The notes beneath the pieces were generated by a model that had not been told where the DNA came from, did no database searches, and worked only from the letters and a program-made list of their open reading frames with translations. A stretch of 64,000 nucleotides of DNA from positions 96,001 through 160,000 of the forward strand of contig CAVZKL010000017.1 in the NCBI GenBank assembly GCA_963775895.1, given 5' to 3'. Shown here in pieces: positions 40,415 through 51,618 of the stretch (its first letter is position 1; each line of letters begins with the position of its first letter). This DNA is from Candidatus Bathyarchaeota archaeon. GTDB lineage: Archaea; Thermoproteota; Bathyarchaeia; Bathyarchaeales; Bathycorpusculaceae. Made by a program: the position numbers and the translations under genes.

Positions 40415-41353
40415 CTAGTACGGAAAAGGTCTTCTCGCCTTCAGCTTCATGAGCCGCTGTAATCCTATTTTCTGCAAGAATTCGTCGTGGTTCTCGACGC
40501 TCGTTATGAAGTTCTCGCAGTACTTTTGCCATCCTTCTTCGGTTTTGCACTGATCGTAGTACATGCGGACGTGTTCCATGTCGTAGTCGTAATAATTGTA
40601 GACCATCATGGGATAGGAGCCCCATGGGCGTTCCACGACGTGCGTAACGTAAATGTTGGGGATGACGGTCTGGTCTGGTTGGGACCTTATGAATTCCGTG
40701 TCCACGATTTCTTCGGTCAAAACTATGACCTTTTTTCCCGCCCTGGCGCCTTCAACGTCTTCTCCCTTGATTCCGTCTATTTGCACGTTCCCTTCACGGT
40801 CTACTCGTGAAGCGTGGACTATGCTGAAATCGGGGCGGATTGAAGGCACGAGCACAACCTTCTCTCCTGTGAAGGGGCAATGGATCACTTCTGCCTTCTT
40901 CTCCCTGAACTTCTTTTTCGCAAGCATGTCGGTGCCCAGCATGCTCTTCAACGGCATGAAAGGCACGCCAAGGGCACCGCCTAACAGGCGCATGACCATC
41001 GCCAGGTTTGAGTAATCTTCGATTTCAATGGTTCCATCCTTGATTCTTCTCTGAATGTTGGGGACGAGACCTATTCCTTCGATCGCGTAGAAAGCCAGTT
41101 CGTAGCGTGAGGCAACTCTTGCGCCTGAAAGTATGTCAAGGTCCAATTCCGAGCCACAGGTGTAGATTGTTAAGCCTCTTTTCTTCTGTCGGACCAACTC
41201 GTGTGCAAAAGCCATGGGTGGACGTTGGAAGCCGAAACCGCCCCAGAAAAGGTGAGCGCCATCGGGAACGAGTTTCACGGCTTCTTGGAGCGTTATCAAT
41301 TTGTCTTCTACAGGGGATGCCAATTGAATGTCTCCCGCCGTTTGGCTCTGCAT
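40415..41353 (-). CDS. family I CoA-transferase alpha subunit (GctA-like)
   Basis: GGFG..R.PMA, GALGVPF.P, LGTD, CPFTG, D..GN. Confidence 0.85.
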   Translation of the reverse strand: MQSQTAGDIQLASPVEDKLITLQEAVKLVPDGAHLFWGGFGFQRPPMAFAHELVRQKKRGLTIYTCGSELDLDILSGARVASRYELAFYAIEGIGLVPNIQRRIKDGTIEIEDYSNLAMVMRLLGGALGVPFMPLKSMLGTDMLAKKKFREKKAEVIHCPFTGEKVVLVPSIRPDFSIVHASRVDREGNVQIDGIKGEDVEGARAGKKVIVLTEEIVDTEFIRSQPDQTVIPNIYVTHVVERPWGSYPMMVYNYYDYDMEHVRMYYDQCKTEEGWQKYCENFITSVENHDEFLQKIGLQRLMKLKARRPFPY

Positions 41354-41452
41354 AGATTAATCCTCAGCATTTAGACTTTTCGACGAACAAAAACAGCGGA
41401 AACCAGCGTTCTTTCAAATGGAAAATGGAGACAGTTTGGTTTTTTTGCGAGT

Positions 41453-42501
41453 CTAGCCATTCCGTGTTTTCTTCACTTCGAGTGCCAGTTCGCTTTGAGT
41501 CCTTGAAACTTCGTTTCGGGTCAATTTCCTCGCGTAGTTGTAGATCGGGACCTCCAGGTCTTTCATTGTAGTAGGGCCTGTTGCAACCCGGGCATCCGGA
41601 CGTGACGAAAGGCTTGCCGGTTCTGATCACGCGTCGAAGCGTCTGCACGATCAACTCCGAAGCCTATGAGGCGGTCTCCATCAAACTCCATTCCTTCGTA
41701 CCTCGCTGTTCCGTGCAGAATCAGGTAACGTGCAACTTGAATCCGCCTGTACAGCGTGACTTCAGGGGGCGTTTTCTTGGCCAATGCTGTCCCTGGAACG
41801 GGCGTGAACGCGAAGAGTCCTGGAAGAACACCCATGTCGACACAGTCCTGAATCGTCTTGATCATCTGCTTCTCGGTTTCTCCGATGCCGACGATCAGGT
41901 GCGTGCTGACCATTTTTTTTCCGAAGACTTCTACAGCGTCCCTGAGGAGTTGCAGTTGTCTTTCCCAGCTGTATGGACCGCCTGCGTCGGGGCCTTTGAT
42001 CTTGTTGAAGACCTCTTTCGTTGCGGCGTCCAACGGTATGCCTATTCGCTGCGTTCCGGCCTTTGCCAACGTGAACGATGTCTTCTCTTCTCATGGGCTG
42101 GCATGACACCGAGATTGGCATTCGGGTCAGCGAATGGGTTGCTCGAACCAGAGCGACGAGATCCTCGAACACTCCGGGATAATTCAATGCTTGAATGCAG
42201 ACTCTCTCGATTTCTCCTCTCTTTCGAGCTCCTTCTATTTCCTCGAGAACTTTTTTCGTTGGATAGGTTGGCCAGGAGACTCTTGAGAGCATGTCCGTTT
42301 TGCTGCTGCTCTCTCTGGCTGCGGGCAGAAACCACAGTTTGCTGTGCACTTCTCCTTTCTGTAGGTCATCAAGTAAGCCGTTGTGGGTGGAGCGTCCAGT
42401 TTGGTCTTCAAGAGGCCCAGCACTGCGGCGGAACCAACGGAAACGCGAATGAATTCGGGCAGGAAATCGTCTTTGATCATGAGTTCTCGCGCGTTCTCCA
42501 T
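41453..42501 (-). CDS. lipS2: radical SAM protein, archaeal lipoyl synthase LipS2-like; several frameshifts
   Basis: CTANCGFC (CxxxCxxC), LSRVSWP, STHLIVG.GE, and the TSGCPGCNRP LipS2 signature. Confidence 0.8.
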
Positions 42502-42683
42502 CCAGACAGCTTCTGAAGGTCTGCAGAGTCGACGCGTTGAATTAAAAAGTTTCTAAATCAGCAGACCACGTGCGTTTGCGGGCTTCAACGAGTGAATTTA
42601 GACTCGTGTTTGCTGATTAAGATCATCGATTCATAATTGATTTATCTGGAACCGGGCAACATGCAAAGAAAGGGTGCGCAGAA

Positions 42684-43016
42684 ATGAGAAGGTCTAAGCT
42701 GGAAACCTACGAGGCGATTCTGGAGGCATTGATGAAGAAGCCTCTGGACGTCGATCGAATCGCGTATGAAACGGGCCTAGATTGCGCCGTGCTGAATCAG
42801 CGTTTGAGCTTCCTGTTGGAGAATGGATTGGTCGAAGAGAGATTTCTGACGAAGAAAACGCTTTACGCCATCACGGAAAGAGGCGTGACTGTTTTCAAGA
42901 CTTTGAACTTCAACAAATATCTTGAGAAAGTGTCACACGCTCTTTCGGCTATCGATGACGCAATGGACACTTTGCCTTTGATTTCAAAGGACCAAGATGA
43001 ACCGCTGGAAGAGTAG
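42684..43016 (+). CDS. winged-helix transcriptional regulator
   Basis: MRRSKLE...IL..L, RIAY.T.L, L...GLV, YAITERG. Confidence 0.8.
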   Translation: MRRSKLETYEAILEALMKKPLDVDRIAYETGLDCAVLNQRLSFLLENGLVEERFLTKKTLYAITERGVTVFKTLNFNKYLEKVSHALSAIDDAMDTLPLISKDQDEPLEE

Positions 43017-43063
43017 AACGAAAGGTAATAAGCAGGCTGTGGCGCAGTCCTAAGCGAGGAATA

Positions 43064-44053
43064 ATGGTCAGACTCTCGCCCGAAAGTCTATGGCAGTTGA
43101 ACGAAGAGGAACTCGAGGAAATTCTCGATCGAGACTTTTTGCCCAGCCGAAGGAAGGAAATTCGCTTCTACGCGCCGAGCTTCATGTACTATAAAACGGA
43201 TTATTTCTGTTCTTCGTCAGACGATTTTCCAACGATATCCGTCACGGGCAGGAGTTGCGCTCTGAAGTGCAAGCACTGCGGCGGAATAGTGCTGAACACG
43301 ATGCACGAAGCCACCACTCCTGAAGCGCTTTTTAAAACGTGCGCAACTCTGAAGCAAAGGGGGGCAATAGGCTGCTTGATAAGCGGCGGATGTTTGCCCA
43401 ACGGTGCCGTTCCTATCGGCGGCTTTATCGCCACTATAGCGCAGATCAAGAAACAACTCCAATTGACGGTTTTCGTGCACACGGGAATCATCGATTTCGA
43501 GACCGCAAAAGACTTGCGGAAGGCTGGAGTCGACGCAGCACTGATCGATGTTCTGGGCTCAGATGAAACTATACGTGAAATATACAATTTGAGAACGACA
43601 GTGAAGGATTATGCTGATTCGCTACGGGCTCTGACTGAAGCAGGGATTCCGTTCGTGCCCCACGTTATCGTTGGGCTTCACTACGGCAAACTCAAAGGCG
43701 AGCTGAGCGCGTTACAGATGATCTCCGAGTACGTGCCGTCGGCTCTGGTCGTGATTGCGTTCATGCCAATACGCAAGACTGATATGGAAAACGTCAGCCC
43801 CCCAAAACCACAGGACGTTGCAAGGGTCGTGGCGGCCAGCAGACTGATGTTCCCTCAGATTCCAGTGGTGTTGGGCTGTATGCGGGCAAGAGATGACCTC
43901 AGAAGCGAGACTGAAATCTTGGCGATAAAAGCCGGTGCGGATGCAATTGCTTTTCCGACGGAGCAGGCTGTGAAGTTTGCCGAAAGCCGCGGATTGAAAA
44001 CTTCCTTTTCCTCCTATTGTTGCTCGCAGATCTATCTTGACATGAGGACCTAG
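43064..44053 (+). CDS. lipS1: radical SAM protein, archaeal lipoyl synthase LipS1-like
   Basis: ISVTG..CALKCKHC, LISGG, and the GCMR and C-terminal CC signatures. Confidence 0.82.
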   Translation: MVRLSPESLWQLNEEELEEILDRDFLPSRRKEIRFYAPSFMYYKTDYFCSSSDDFPTISVTGRSCALKCKHCGGIVLNTMHEATTPEALFKTCATLKQRGAIGCLISGGCLPNGAVPIGGFIATIAQIKKQLQLTVFVHTGIIDFETAKDLRKAGVDAALIDVLGSDETIREIYNLRTTVKDYADSLRALTEAGIPFVPHVIVGLHYGKLKGELSALQMISEYVPSALVVIAFMPIRKTDMENVSPPKPQDVARVVAASRLMFPQIPVVLGCMRARDDLRSETEILAIKAGADAIAFPTEQAVKFAESRGLKTSFSSYCCSQIYLDMRT

Positions 44054-45692
44054 CTATTTCTGATACGCAACAATCACTGTCATCAACAGCAAATTCTGTC
44101 ACAGCCGCTGCGGAGAAGACTGGCAAAACGAATGCTGGAAACAAGAAGAAGCTGACGAAGGCCAGAACTATCGGTACGGCAGCGAAGATGTATCCTGGAA
44201 TGAGAATCATGATGTACGTAGTCATTCTTGAGTAGATGTTGCCCACGGCAAAGCCTTCCGTCCAGAATTTCCTGAGCAGAATCGTGATCTCGAGCATCGT
44301 TGCGGCGGCGACGGAGAACGTGTGAATGATTCCGAAGGCGGCAATAGCGAAGTAGTCCTTTCCGATGAAGAACGCGACTGCCGTGAGGATAATGATAGAG
44401 ATGACGTAAATGATCGTTGCCATGAGGGTTTTTGCGGTGATCAACGTCCTCTTTTTCAGGGGCAGATGCCTCGTGTACGCCGAGGCTAAGCCTTCGATCG
44501 ACAGAAGAGTCGGGGGAAGCAGAAGCGTCAGCATTGAAATCCCCGTCAGCATACCGAGAGCGGTGCTGGGTCCGATTTCGTTGAAAGAGGTGAACGTTGC
44601 CGCCAGCACGACGGTCTGCACAACCGGTAGGAGAAACAGGCTTGCGTAAGCCGGCGATCTGGAGGCGACCCTTATGTCCTTGCGGATGATCCCGATCCAC
44701 GGGATCTGAGGTGTGATGATCGTGTCTTTAACAGTCTCTCTGACACTTCGTGCCACGTTGCCCGTTCCGATTTCTCTCACGGTTCGAGTGACCCATCGTA
44801 AACAGTAGTAGGCGAGGAGCGCGTATGCACCCGAGGACACGATCGACAAGCCAAGAGTTGCGTAGTTCACGCCTTTCGTGAAAGTGGTGTAAGAGGCTAG
44901 AAACGCGTACGAAAAAGGATAGACCAGGACGAGTGCCTGTGAAATAGACGCAAGACCCTGCGTCAGGAAGGCAAAGGATTCCACTATTTGTCTTGCGAAA
45001 TTCACCACGAGATACGCTGCGAATGTTGGAAGAATCCACACGAGCATAAACATGAACCTCAAGACTGTCTGCAGCCTTGATCTGCCTCCTGCTCTTGCCA
45101 CCTTTGCATAGAAGAATCTGGCCAACAGAACGGTGAGAGCCAGTGCGAAGATTTCACTAACAACAACGCCCGCGAGAGATATGATTCCGCCCAGAACCGA
45201 GCCGCCGATGAAGAAGAAGACTCCTAGGAAAATCGCGGCCGCCGCGACCAAGGGGATATCGAATATTCTCACGAAGCACAAGAACACGATTCTGGAAATG
45301 TCTTGTTTCGAAAGGGGGAGAGGGCTGAGAACGTCCACGATTTTGGACGACACGAAGGATGTGGACATCTGAAGTCCCATGAAGACTATCAGGAAAAGCA
45401 CGACTGTGAGAAAGGCCGAGATGCCTCCTGGAAGGGCCACTTCTTTCGGAACGGGCTGTCCCATCTCAGGAAGAATTATTGGCAGGAAAACGGTGACTGC
45501 GAAAACTGCCAGAAAGACCGTGGTGACCAGCTTGCTGATCAGCGTGTTGAATTTGGCGTTGGAAACAAGCTGCTTGATGTCCCTTCTTCCGCCCTGAGGG
45601 AGTCCTGACCCGGCTCGAAGCGAAAAGATGGATTGGAACGAGACTTCCCTGTAGACCGTGCTCGACAGTCGCCAAAGTTCCGAGAATTTCAC
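44054..45692 (-). CDS. ABC transporter permease-like multi-pass membrane protein (3' frameshift)
   Basis: About 12 TM segments, 8 nt downstream of the ABC ATPase; probable true stop at 44054. Confidence 0.75.
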
Positions 45693-45700
45693 GGCGTCTT

Positions 45701-46474
45701 CTACTCCTCTTCGAGAGCCTTGATGATGTCTTGCATTCCTGCTTCCTGCTCTGTGACTTTCAGGAAAATGTCTTCCAAAGAGCCTTCTGCACTTCGCACG
45801 AGTTTCCGAAGATCATCCACCGTGCCTTCGCCGACTATCTTTCCCTTGTTTATTATCCCCACGCGCGTGCACAGTTTTTCGGCGACTTCCATTATGTGCG
45901 TCGAGAATATGACGGCTCCACCCTTCTTGGCGTGGTAGGTTATGAGTTCCTTGAGGATTTTCGAGGCGCGAGCGTCCAGTCCGATCAGTGGTTCATCCAG
46001 AATCAGAAGCTTCGGGTCATGCAATAGCGCAGCGAGCAGTGCGACTTTCTGTTTGTTACCCATCGAGAGGGCAGCAATGGGCGTGTCAAAGTATTGGTTC
46101 AGTTCAAAGGCAGACACGAATCTTTCGAGCCTGGAGTTGACGGTCTTCTTGTCCAATCGTCTGATCGAGGCCGTGAACTCTAGGAACTCCCTCGGCGTGA
46201 GTGAGTCTAACAACACGACTTCTTCGGGCACGTAGCCGATTTGGCTTTTTGCCGCCACTTCGTCTGAGATCGGTGTGTTGTATATTTCGACCTTGCCGCC
46301 TCGCGGTTGCAGTACTCCTACTAGCACTTTGATCGTGGTGGTCTTGCCCGCGCCGTTGGGACCCAGGAGTCCGTAGATCTCGCCGTTCCTTACTGTGAAC
46401 GACAGGTTTTCGACAGCCACGAACGAACCGTAGCTGACGACCAGTCCTTCAACTCTCACCGCGGTCAATTCCAT
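45701..46474 (-). CDS. ABC transporter ATP-binding protein
   Basis: GPNGAGKTT, LSMGNKQK, LILDEP, STH. Confidence 0.93.
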   Translation of the reverse strand: MELTAVRVEGLVVSYGSFVAVENLSFTVRNGEIYGLLGPNGAGKTTTIKVLVGVLQPRGGKVEIYNTPISDEVAAKSQIGYVPEEVVLLDSLTPREFLEFTASIRRLDKKTVNSRLERFVSAFELNQYFDTPIAALSMGNKQKVALLAALLHDPKLLILDEPLIGLDARASKILKELITYHAKKGGAVIFSTHIMEVAEKLCTRVGIINKGKIVGEGTVDDLRKLVRSAEGSLEDIFLKVTEQEAGMQDIIKALEEE

Positions 46475-46632
46475 TGATAATCCTTCACCAGTGAATCATA
46501 ACTTCCTTGTTCTGTTGCCTTAATACATTTCCCTCGCCAACAACTAAACAAACGTGAAGGATTCTGACTTTCGAAGTGATTCGAAGTAACTGAAACGCTT
46601 TGCACTTTCACAAAAACACCGCGAAACGTTGA

Positions 46633-47232
46633 CTACTTTCCTGACCGTGAGCCATTGCTTACCATTTTGAAACCGAGAACTACAGCCCACAACGATGCGG
46701 CGAGGGCCGAAAGAGTCTCTGGAATCGCTACGCCGGGCACGTATCTGATTATGAATTCCAAGATCCACACCAAGGCAGCAAACAAGGCCACTGCCAGAGT
46801 GAACACTGCTTTCTTAGGTTTGGCCAGAGAAAAAAGGATATCGTAAACACAAGCATGGAAACAGGGAACAAGGCAAAGAAAGCCACGGACGCGTAGACAT
46901 GCATTGGCGTCATGTTCTCTGTAAAAACTCCTATGCTGGTGAGTGCAACGGCACAGAGCAAGAAGATTATTGCACCAAACCGACCGAGAACGCTTTTCTC
47001 AAAGCTGAGATAGAGCCCGGTCGCAAACAGCATGGTCAATATTCCGCTGATTATCAACCCTGCGTTGAACACGATAGCCGTGGTCCCCTGACATCACGCC
47101 TAAGTCGCTCAGGGCGTTGTCAGTCCAACTGAAACTGGGTGCCAAAGTTGTTGCAGCCAGTATGCATCCGAACGCAATCATGGGAGTGATTATTCCGAAA
47201 AAGCCAGATACCCTAATCCATGTCTTTCTCAT
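46633..47232 (-). CDS. DUF998 membrane protein, frameshifted
   Basis: FSWTDNALSDLG, FNAGLI, IGVFTE...H...S..FF; 3' end uncertain. Confidence 0.7.
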
Positions 47233-47367
47233 TGAGCTCCTCAAGCTCTTCCCTCTGTATGCCAAAGTATCTAGTTTATGCAGTGTAAAAACGTGACGTT
47301 TTGTCTGCAGACCACAAGTAACTCTGGGCGCTAGTGCGTAGCCAGCGCCTTCGGCAACCTTGATGAT

Positions 47368-48489
47368 CTATGGTGGAACGAATCTTCTTAGTCTATCAAG
47401 TGAGCTTATTCTTTCTTTGTTCCCTATCTTTGCTTCTTGAACTGCTTGTCTGAGTATCTGTACGGATTGATCCATCGCTTTTCGGTCAACAGGGTATGGG
47501 ACTCCGTCTTTTCCTCCGTAGGCGAAGGAATATTTCACGGGATCTTTCCAGCTTGGCTTCTCACCGTAGATCAGTTCGGCGATTAAGGCTAGTCCTCTGA
47601 CGGTCGCTGGACCGACGCCTCTGAAGCTGAGGAGCTCTTCATAATTGGCTGGCTGGAACTCGTAAACGTTTTTCAGTGTTTTCCAGTTGATGTTCCATGG
47701 CATGGACAGCATTTGAGGCAGATTTCTCGCCTCCACGTCAATCGTGCTTGGTATCCATTCACTCAACGATTTCTGGAATTCCGGCCTGGCTGACATGACC
47801 AGCCGCATCAGTCGTTTCGGTTGCTCCTTCACCAGATCGACTGAAGCCTTGCGACATCCCTCACTCTCCTTTGCGGTCAGGTCTAGCACCATTGGCTTCT
47901 TTGCTTCTCCAACGATCGCGTTGTGCGGTTCAACAACGAATTCTTTCACTTTGTCGGAGAGCCAGTGGTATCGTCTCGCCGTACGATCCTGCTCGCATAG
48001 ACCCTGCTGCACAACGGCCCATTTTTTGCCTTCTGTTAAGAAGAAAGCATGGTGGTAGAGCTGATAGCCTGCCTGAATCGCGGTGTTGTCGACTTTTGCG
48101 CTCATTCTGCTCGCGTATTTCAGGGATTCAACGTTGCTGTCTGAGAAGCCAAACTTTTCTCCGACTGCTTGAATTTCCTCAGGCGCGAGTCGAGAGGCTC
48201 TGCCCTTGCCTCCGCAGACAGCGATGCCATGCTCTTCCGGAGTTATTGCCTGTTTCAGAACGCCAGTTAGCACCGTCGTGACACCCGAGGAGTGCCAGTC
48301 GTAGCCTAGAACGCAGCCGAGCGCTTGGAACCAGAAAGGGTCAGAGACTCGTTTCAGAAACTCTTCGGAGCCATACTCTTCAAGTATGATTGAAGTGATT
48401 TCTTTTGCAAGTTTTCGCATCCGCACGATGAGGTATCTGGGGGCTTTTCCGTAGTGAAGTGGGAGTTTGGCGAAGCCTGTTCTTTGCAA
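47368..48489 (-). CDS. DUF763 family protein
   Basis: LPLHYG, DWHSSG.TT, AKVD, WAVVQQG, ARRYHW, GGKDG.P.PV. Confidence 0.85.
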   Translation of the reverse strand: MQRTGFAKLPLHYGKAPRYLIVRMRKLAKEITSIILEEYGSEEFLKRVSDPFWFQALGCVLGYDWHSSGVTTVLTGVLKQAITPEEHGIAVCGGKGRASRLAPEEIQAVGEKFGFSDSNVESLKYASRMSAKVDNTAIQAGYQLYHHAFFLTEGKKWAVVQQGLCEQDRTARRYHWLSDKVKEFVVEPHNAIVGEAKKPMVLDLTAKESEGCRKASVDLVKEQPKRLMRLVMSARPEFQKSLSEWIPSTIDVEARNLPQMLSMPWNINWKTLKNVYEFQPANYEELLSFRGVGPATVRGLALIAELIYGEKPSWKDPVKYSFAYGGKDGVPYPVDRKAMDQSVQILRQAVQEAKIGNKERISSLDRLRRFVPP

Positions 48490-48526
48490 GCGGTCATCTC
48501 TTCTGTTTCGCTCGTTGGCAATTGGA

Positions 48527-49009
48527 TTAAGGACTCTTTTGCTTTAAAACGTGTCCTTCGCGGTCTATTTCTCCGCTTCTTATCCGGGTTGTGGATATGG
48601 GTGTGTGATTCTCGGACGGGATCATGTCTATTACGAATATCTGAAGTGGCGGCAATTTTTTTTCTTTTCTTTTCTTGTTTATATTAGTCGCTATTGACTC
48701 GGTTTCCTTGCTAACGACGAGGGCATCAACAAGCCCTTTTTCCAATGTGACACCGTAAGGGTCGTTGAGGGGAATGATTTTTGCTCGGACCGACCATCCA
48801 TATTCTTGTAGAAATCTTTCCAGGTCTTTCAGTCGTTCTTCGTATGAGGCAACGATGTGTGGTTTGTTAATCTTCTCGGCGAATTCGTCAGAGGAGAGAC
48901 CGATCAAAACGTTCTCGCCAACGTCAAAAGCCTTTGTAAGCAGGGCCTTGTGTCCTCTGTGGAGCTCGTCGAATGTGCCGCCTACAGCCACGTTCTTCAC
49001 TTTTTTCAT
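48527..49009 (-). CDS. coaD: phosphopantetheine adenylyltransferase (archaeal type)
   Basis: VGGTFD.LH.GH, DPYG, VVS.ET, ISTTRIR.GEID. Confidence 0.9.
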   Translation of the reverse strand: MKKVKNVAVGGTFDELHRGHKALLTKAFDVGENVLIGLSSDEFAEKINKPHIVASYEERLKDLERFLQEYGWSVRAKIIPLNDPYGVTLEKGLVDALVVSKETESIATNINKKRKEKKLPPLQIFVIDMIPSENHTPISTTRIRSGEIDREGHVLKQKSP

Positions 49010-49018
49010 CTTTCTGGT

Positions 49019-49955
49019 TCATCCCAGCAGTCTTGCGCCTTGGAAGTCGATTTTTGCCGTGATGATTTTTTCTTGGGGCAGCACTTGCATAAAAGCTTGA
49101 ACAACCCTTTTTGCGTTTTCCGATGTTGTTAGCGCGTGAATCACTTCGCCTACCATGTTCTGGGCCGCGCCTATTGCTCCTGCTCTTTCGGCAAGATCTG
49201 CTAGTTCTCGTAACTTGGGATTCATGAAGCCTGTTTCTTCCGCAAAATCTCGGCAGGAATGCATGAAGTTTTCAGGTGAAGGATTTGACAGGATTTTTTG
49301 CAGGGTTTTTCTGCCGCTCTTGTTGATCGCATGTCGTTTTTCAGACGAGGATAGGACACTCTTCGTTGGTATGCCCTGCAGCACTCCAGCGACGATGACG
49401 TGATTTGGCGTGAGAGGGATTCGGTCTATAACCGCCTTTCCCGGTGCGCCTGGCTCAACGGTGAGTATGCAACCGCCAATCATCAATGGGCCCACTGTTC
49501 CGAGTCCGGTTTTGCATTTGATCTCCGCAGCGTGGGCAATCTGTCCCAGCTCATTGTAGGTGTGGGTCAGGCCCAAGGCTTTCGACAAAGCCAACGCCGT
49601 GCTCAAGGCGCCCGCGGCGCTGGTTCCAAACCCCGCTCCGATAGGAACTTCGATTTGATGTTTGACTTTGACATCGAAGGTTGAATCAGCCTGTTGCAGA
49701 AGCATTCTCACCACAGTGCTGGTCGTTTCGGCTTCGGATGTGTGTTGCCCATTTATTTCTACTTGTATCTTGCTCTTTTCCAGCAGATGCGACGCTGACT
49801 TCGGTTGTTACTCCTTTTTCGATTACGAAGCCGCCGCCCCTGGCTCCTATCCTTTGAGGATCTGTAATTGGTTTTCCATCTTCCAGCGTGTCACATATCT
49901 CAAAAAAACTTGAAATTCCCGCGGGAGCAAATGCCCTCGCAGTCTTCGCTGACAA
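49019..49955 (-). CDS. pantoate kinase (GHMP family), frameshifted
   Basis: AFAP..ISSFF, G.RGGG, P.GAGFGTS, AH.AE....TGLG, QNMVG. Confidence 0.85.
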
Positions 49956-50699
49956 TTATTCTCCTCTTTCTTCGGTTTTTTTCTTAAGCCCAAGAGAGGG
50001 AAACGCACGTTGACACGCTTTAATCACAGGTGGACCTACGAGCAAGACGAACGGTATCTCCGTCGCAAAAGTCCAGATAAAAATTGCTGGAATAAAAGAA
50101 GCCTGAATGGGTTGTTTGAAGTACGCCGTCGCTGAATAGAACAATTGACTGTAGCCCCACACTCCAACCGCCACGATTGCTGCTCCAACGCCCTGTCCAA
50201 TTACAGACCCCACACCGTAACTTCTCCATTCACGCCAGCGCCTCGAAGCGATCAGTATCACACTCAAACTTACGATAACGGTCATAATAAATATGGCAAC
50301 GATCTCCCAAGTTGGCAAACCTGTGAGTCCCGCGAATTGATCAGGCAACAATAAGGTTGGGAGCAATAAGCCACCAGCCACGATCACGCCAGCCAACGCC
50401 GTGCCCAAAGCCAGTTTTTTCGAATCTAGGCTTCTCTGCGAAACGTAACCAATGATAAAGAACATGACAAAATTGGACGTGACGCCCGCGGTGAGACTCA
50501 GCAAGGGGTCTCCATGGAAAAGCATATCCCTAACAAAAATGCCTATAGCAGCACCTGTCCCTCCAACCCAGGGTCCATATAGAACGGCGAAAATTGCAGG
50601 TATGACAGCGGCAGGCCAAAAGGCTACACCTATAAAGGTGAGACCGAGGTCCGTCAGCCGCCCAATTACAGCATACATCGCAGCGCATATGCCTAACAC
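49956..50699 (-). CDS. ECF transporter S-component-like membrane protein
   Basis: AAMYA, P....PAIFA..YGP..G..GAAIG...D pattern; start may be frameshifted (about 50736). Confidence 0.65.
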   Translation of the reverse strand: MLGICAAMYAVIGRLTDLGLTFIGVAFWPAAVIPAIFAVLYGPWVGGTGAAIGIFVRDMLFHGDPLLSLTAGVTSNFVMFFIIGYVSQRSLDSKKLALGTALAGVIVAGGLLLPTLLLPDQFAGLTGLPTWEIVAIFIMTVIVSLSVILIASRRWREWRSYGVGSVIGQGVGAAIVAVGVWGYSQLFYSATAYFKQPIQASFIPAIFIWTFATEIPFVLLVGPPVIKACQRAFPSLGLKKKTEERGE

Positions 50700-50914
50700 C
50701 GCAACATCCGAGGTCTTCGTCGCTTACCACTCTCATCGAAGTATGAATGTCTGTTGAAAAATAAGGTTTCCGTATGAATTGTCTATACAAGTCTAAACAC
50801 GCCTAATCTATCCCTCAGCAGGCAAAGACTGGACAGTTTCGTAATCACTTTCTGGTTTCGAGTCTTTTAAATATGGAACATGACATTTTCTACGTGAAAC
50901 GATGAGGGCCGCAG

Positions 50915-51603
50915 ATGTCTGATGAATACGCGTCTCGTTACTTATTCACTCTTCTCAAATTGGCCGAGATGGGGGCACATCGTAGAACGGCCAAGATCTC
51001 AACCGAGTATTTGGCCAGAAGCTTGATACTTCTCAACAGACGGCTTCACGTTATCTTATTGAACTTGACCGCATGGGTTGGATCAAGAGAACGGCAACAC
51101 CTGAGGGTTGTCTGATAAGAATCACGGACGTGGGCACACGAGAGCTCAACAAACTGCATCAGACGCTTCGCTTTGTGATGGAAGCGACTTATCCACCGTC
51201 AATAACCCTGGAAGGCACCGTGTTCACTGGATTGGGGGAGGGAGCGTACTACATTTCCAAGGAGAAATACCGGAAACAGTTCATGGAGAAGCTGGGGTTC
51301 GATCCATATCCAGGCACGCTCAACTTGAAACTCACGACCGAGTATGACTTTAAGGCTCGAAACGAACTTGAAGCTTATCCAGCAGTGGAAATCGAGGGTT
51401 TCATAAACGAAGACCGCACTTTTGGATCCGTGAAGTGCTATCCCGTCATAGTCCAAAACAAGGTCAAAGGCGCGTTAATCACTGCACTGAGAAGCCATTA
51501 TGACGTTTCGGTTTTGGAGATCATTGCACCCGTTCCTCTTCGAAAAGCTCTCAATCTCAAAGACGGCCACAAAGTGAAGATTGAAGTCTTGACTCTCCCG
51601 TAG
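50915..51603 (+). CDS. CTP-dependent riboflavin kinase with N-terminal wHTH (RbkR-like), frameshifted
   Basis: HTH N-terminus; G.V.TGLGEG.YY, PYPGTLN, RSHY, LEII. Confidence 0.85.
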
Positions 51604-51618
51604 TCGTCGCGCGCGCTT

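Noticed and set aside
41581-42516. 311-aa plus-strand ORF
   Set aside because: Antisense shadow of lipS2
43899-44053. 155-nt overlap between the permease and lipS1
   Set aside because: Explained by a frameshift near the permease 3' end; a stop at 44054 abuts lipS1
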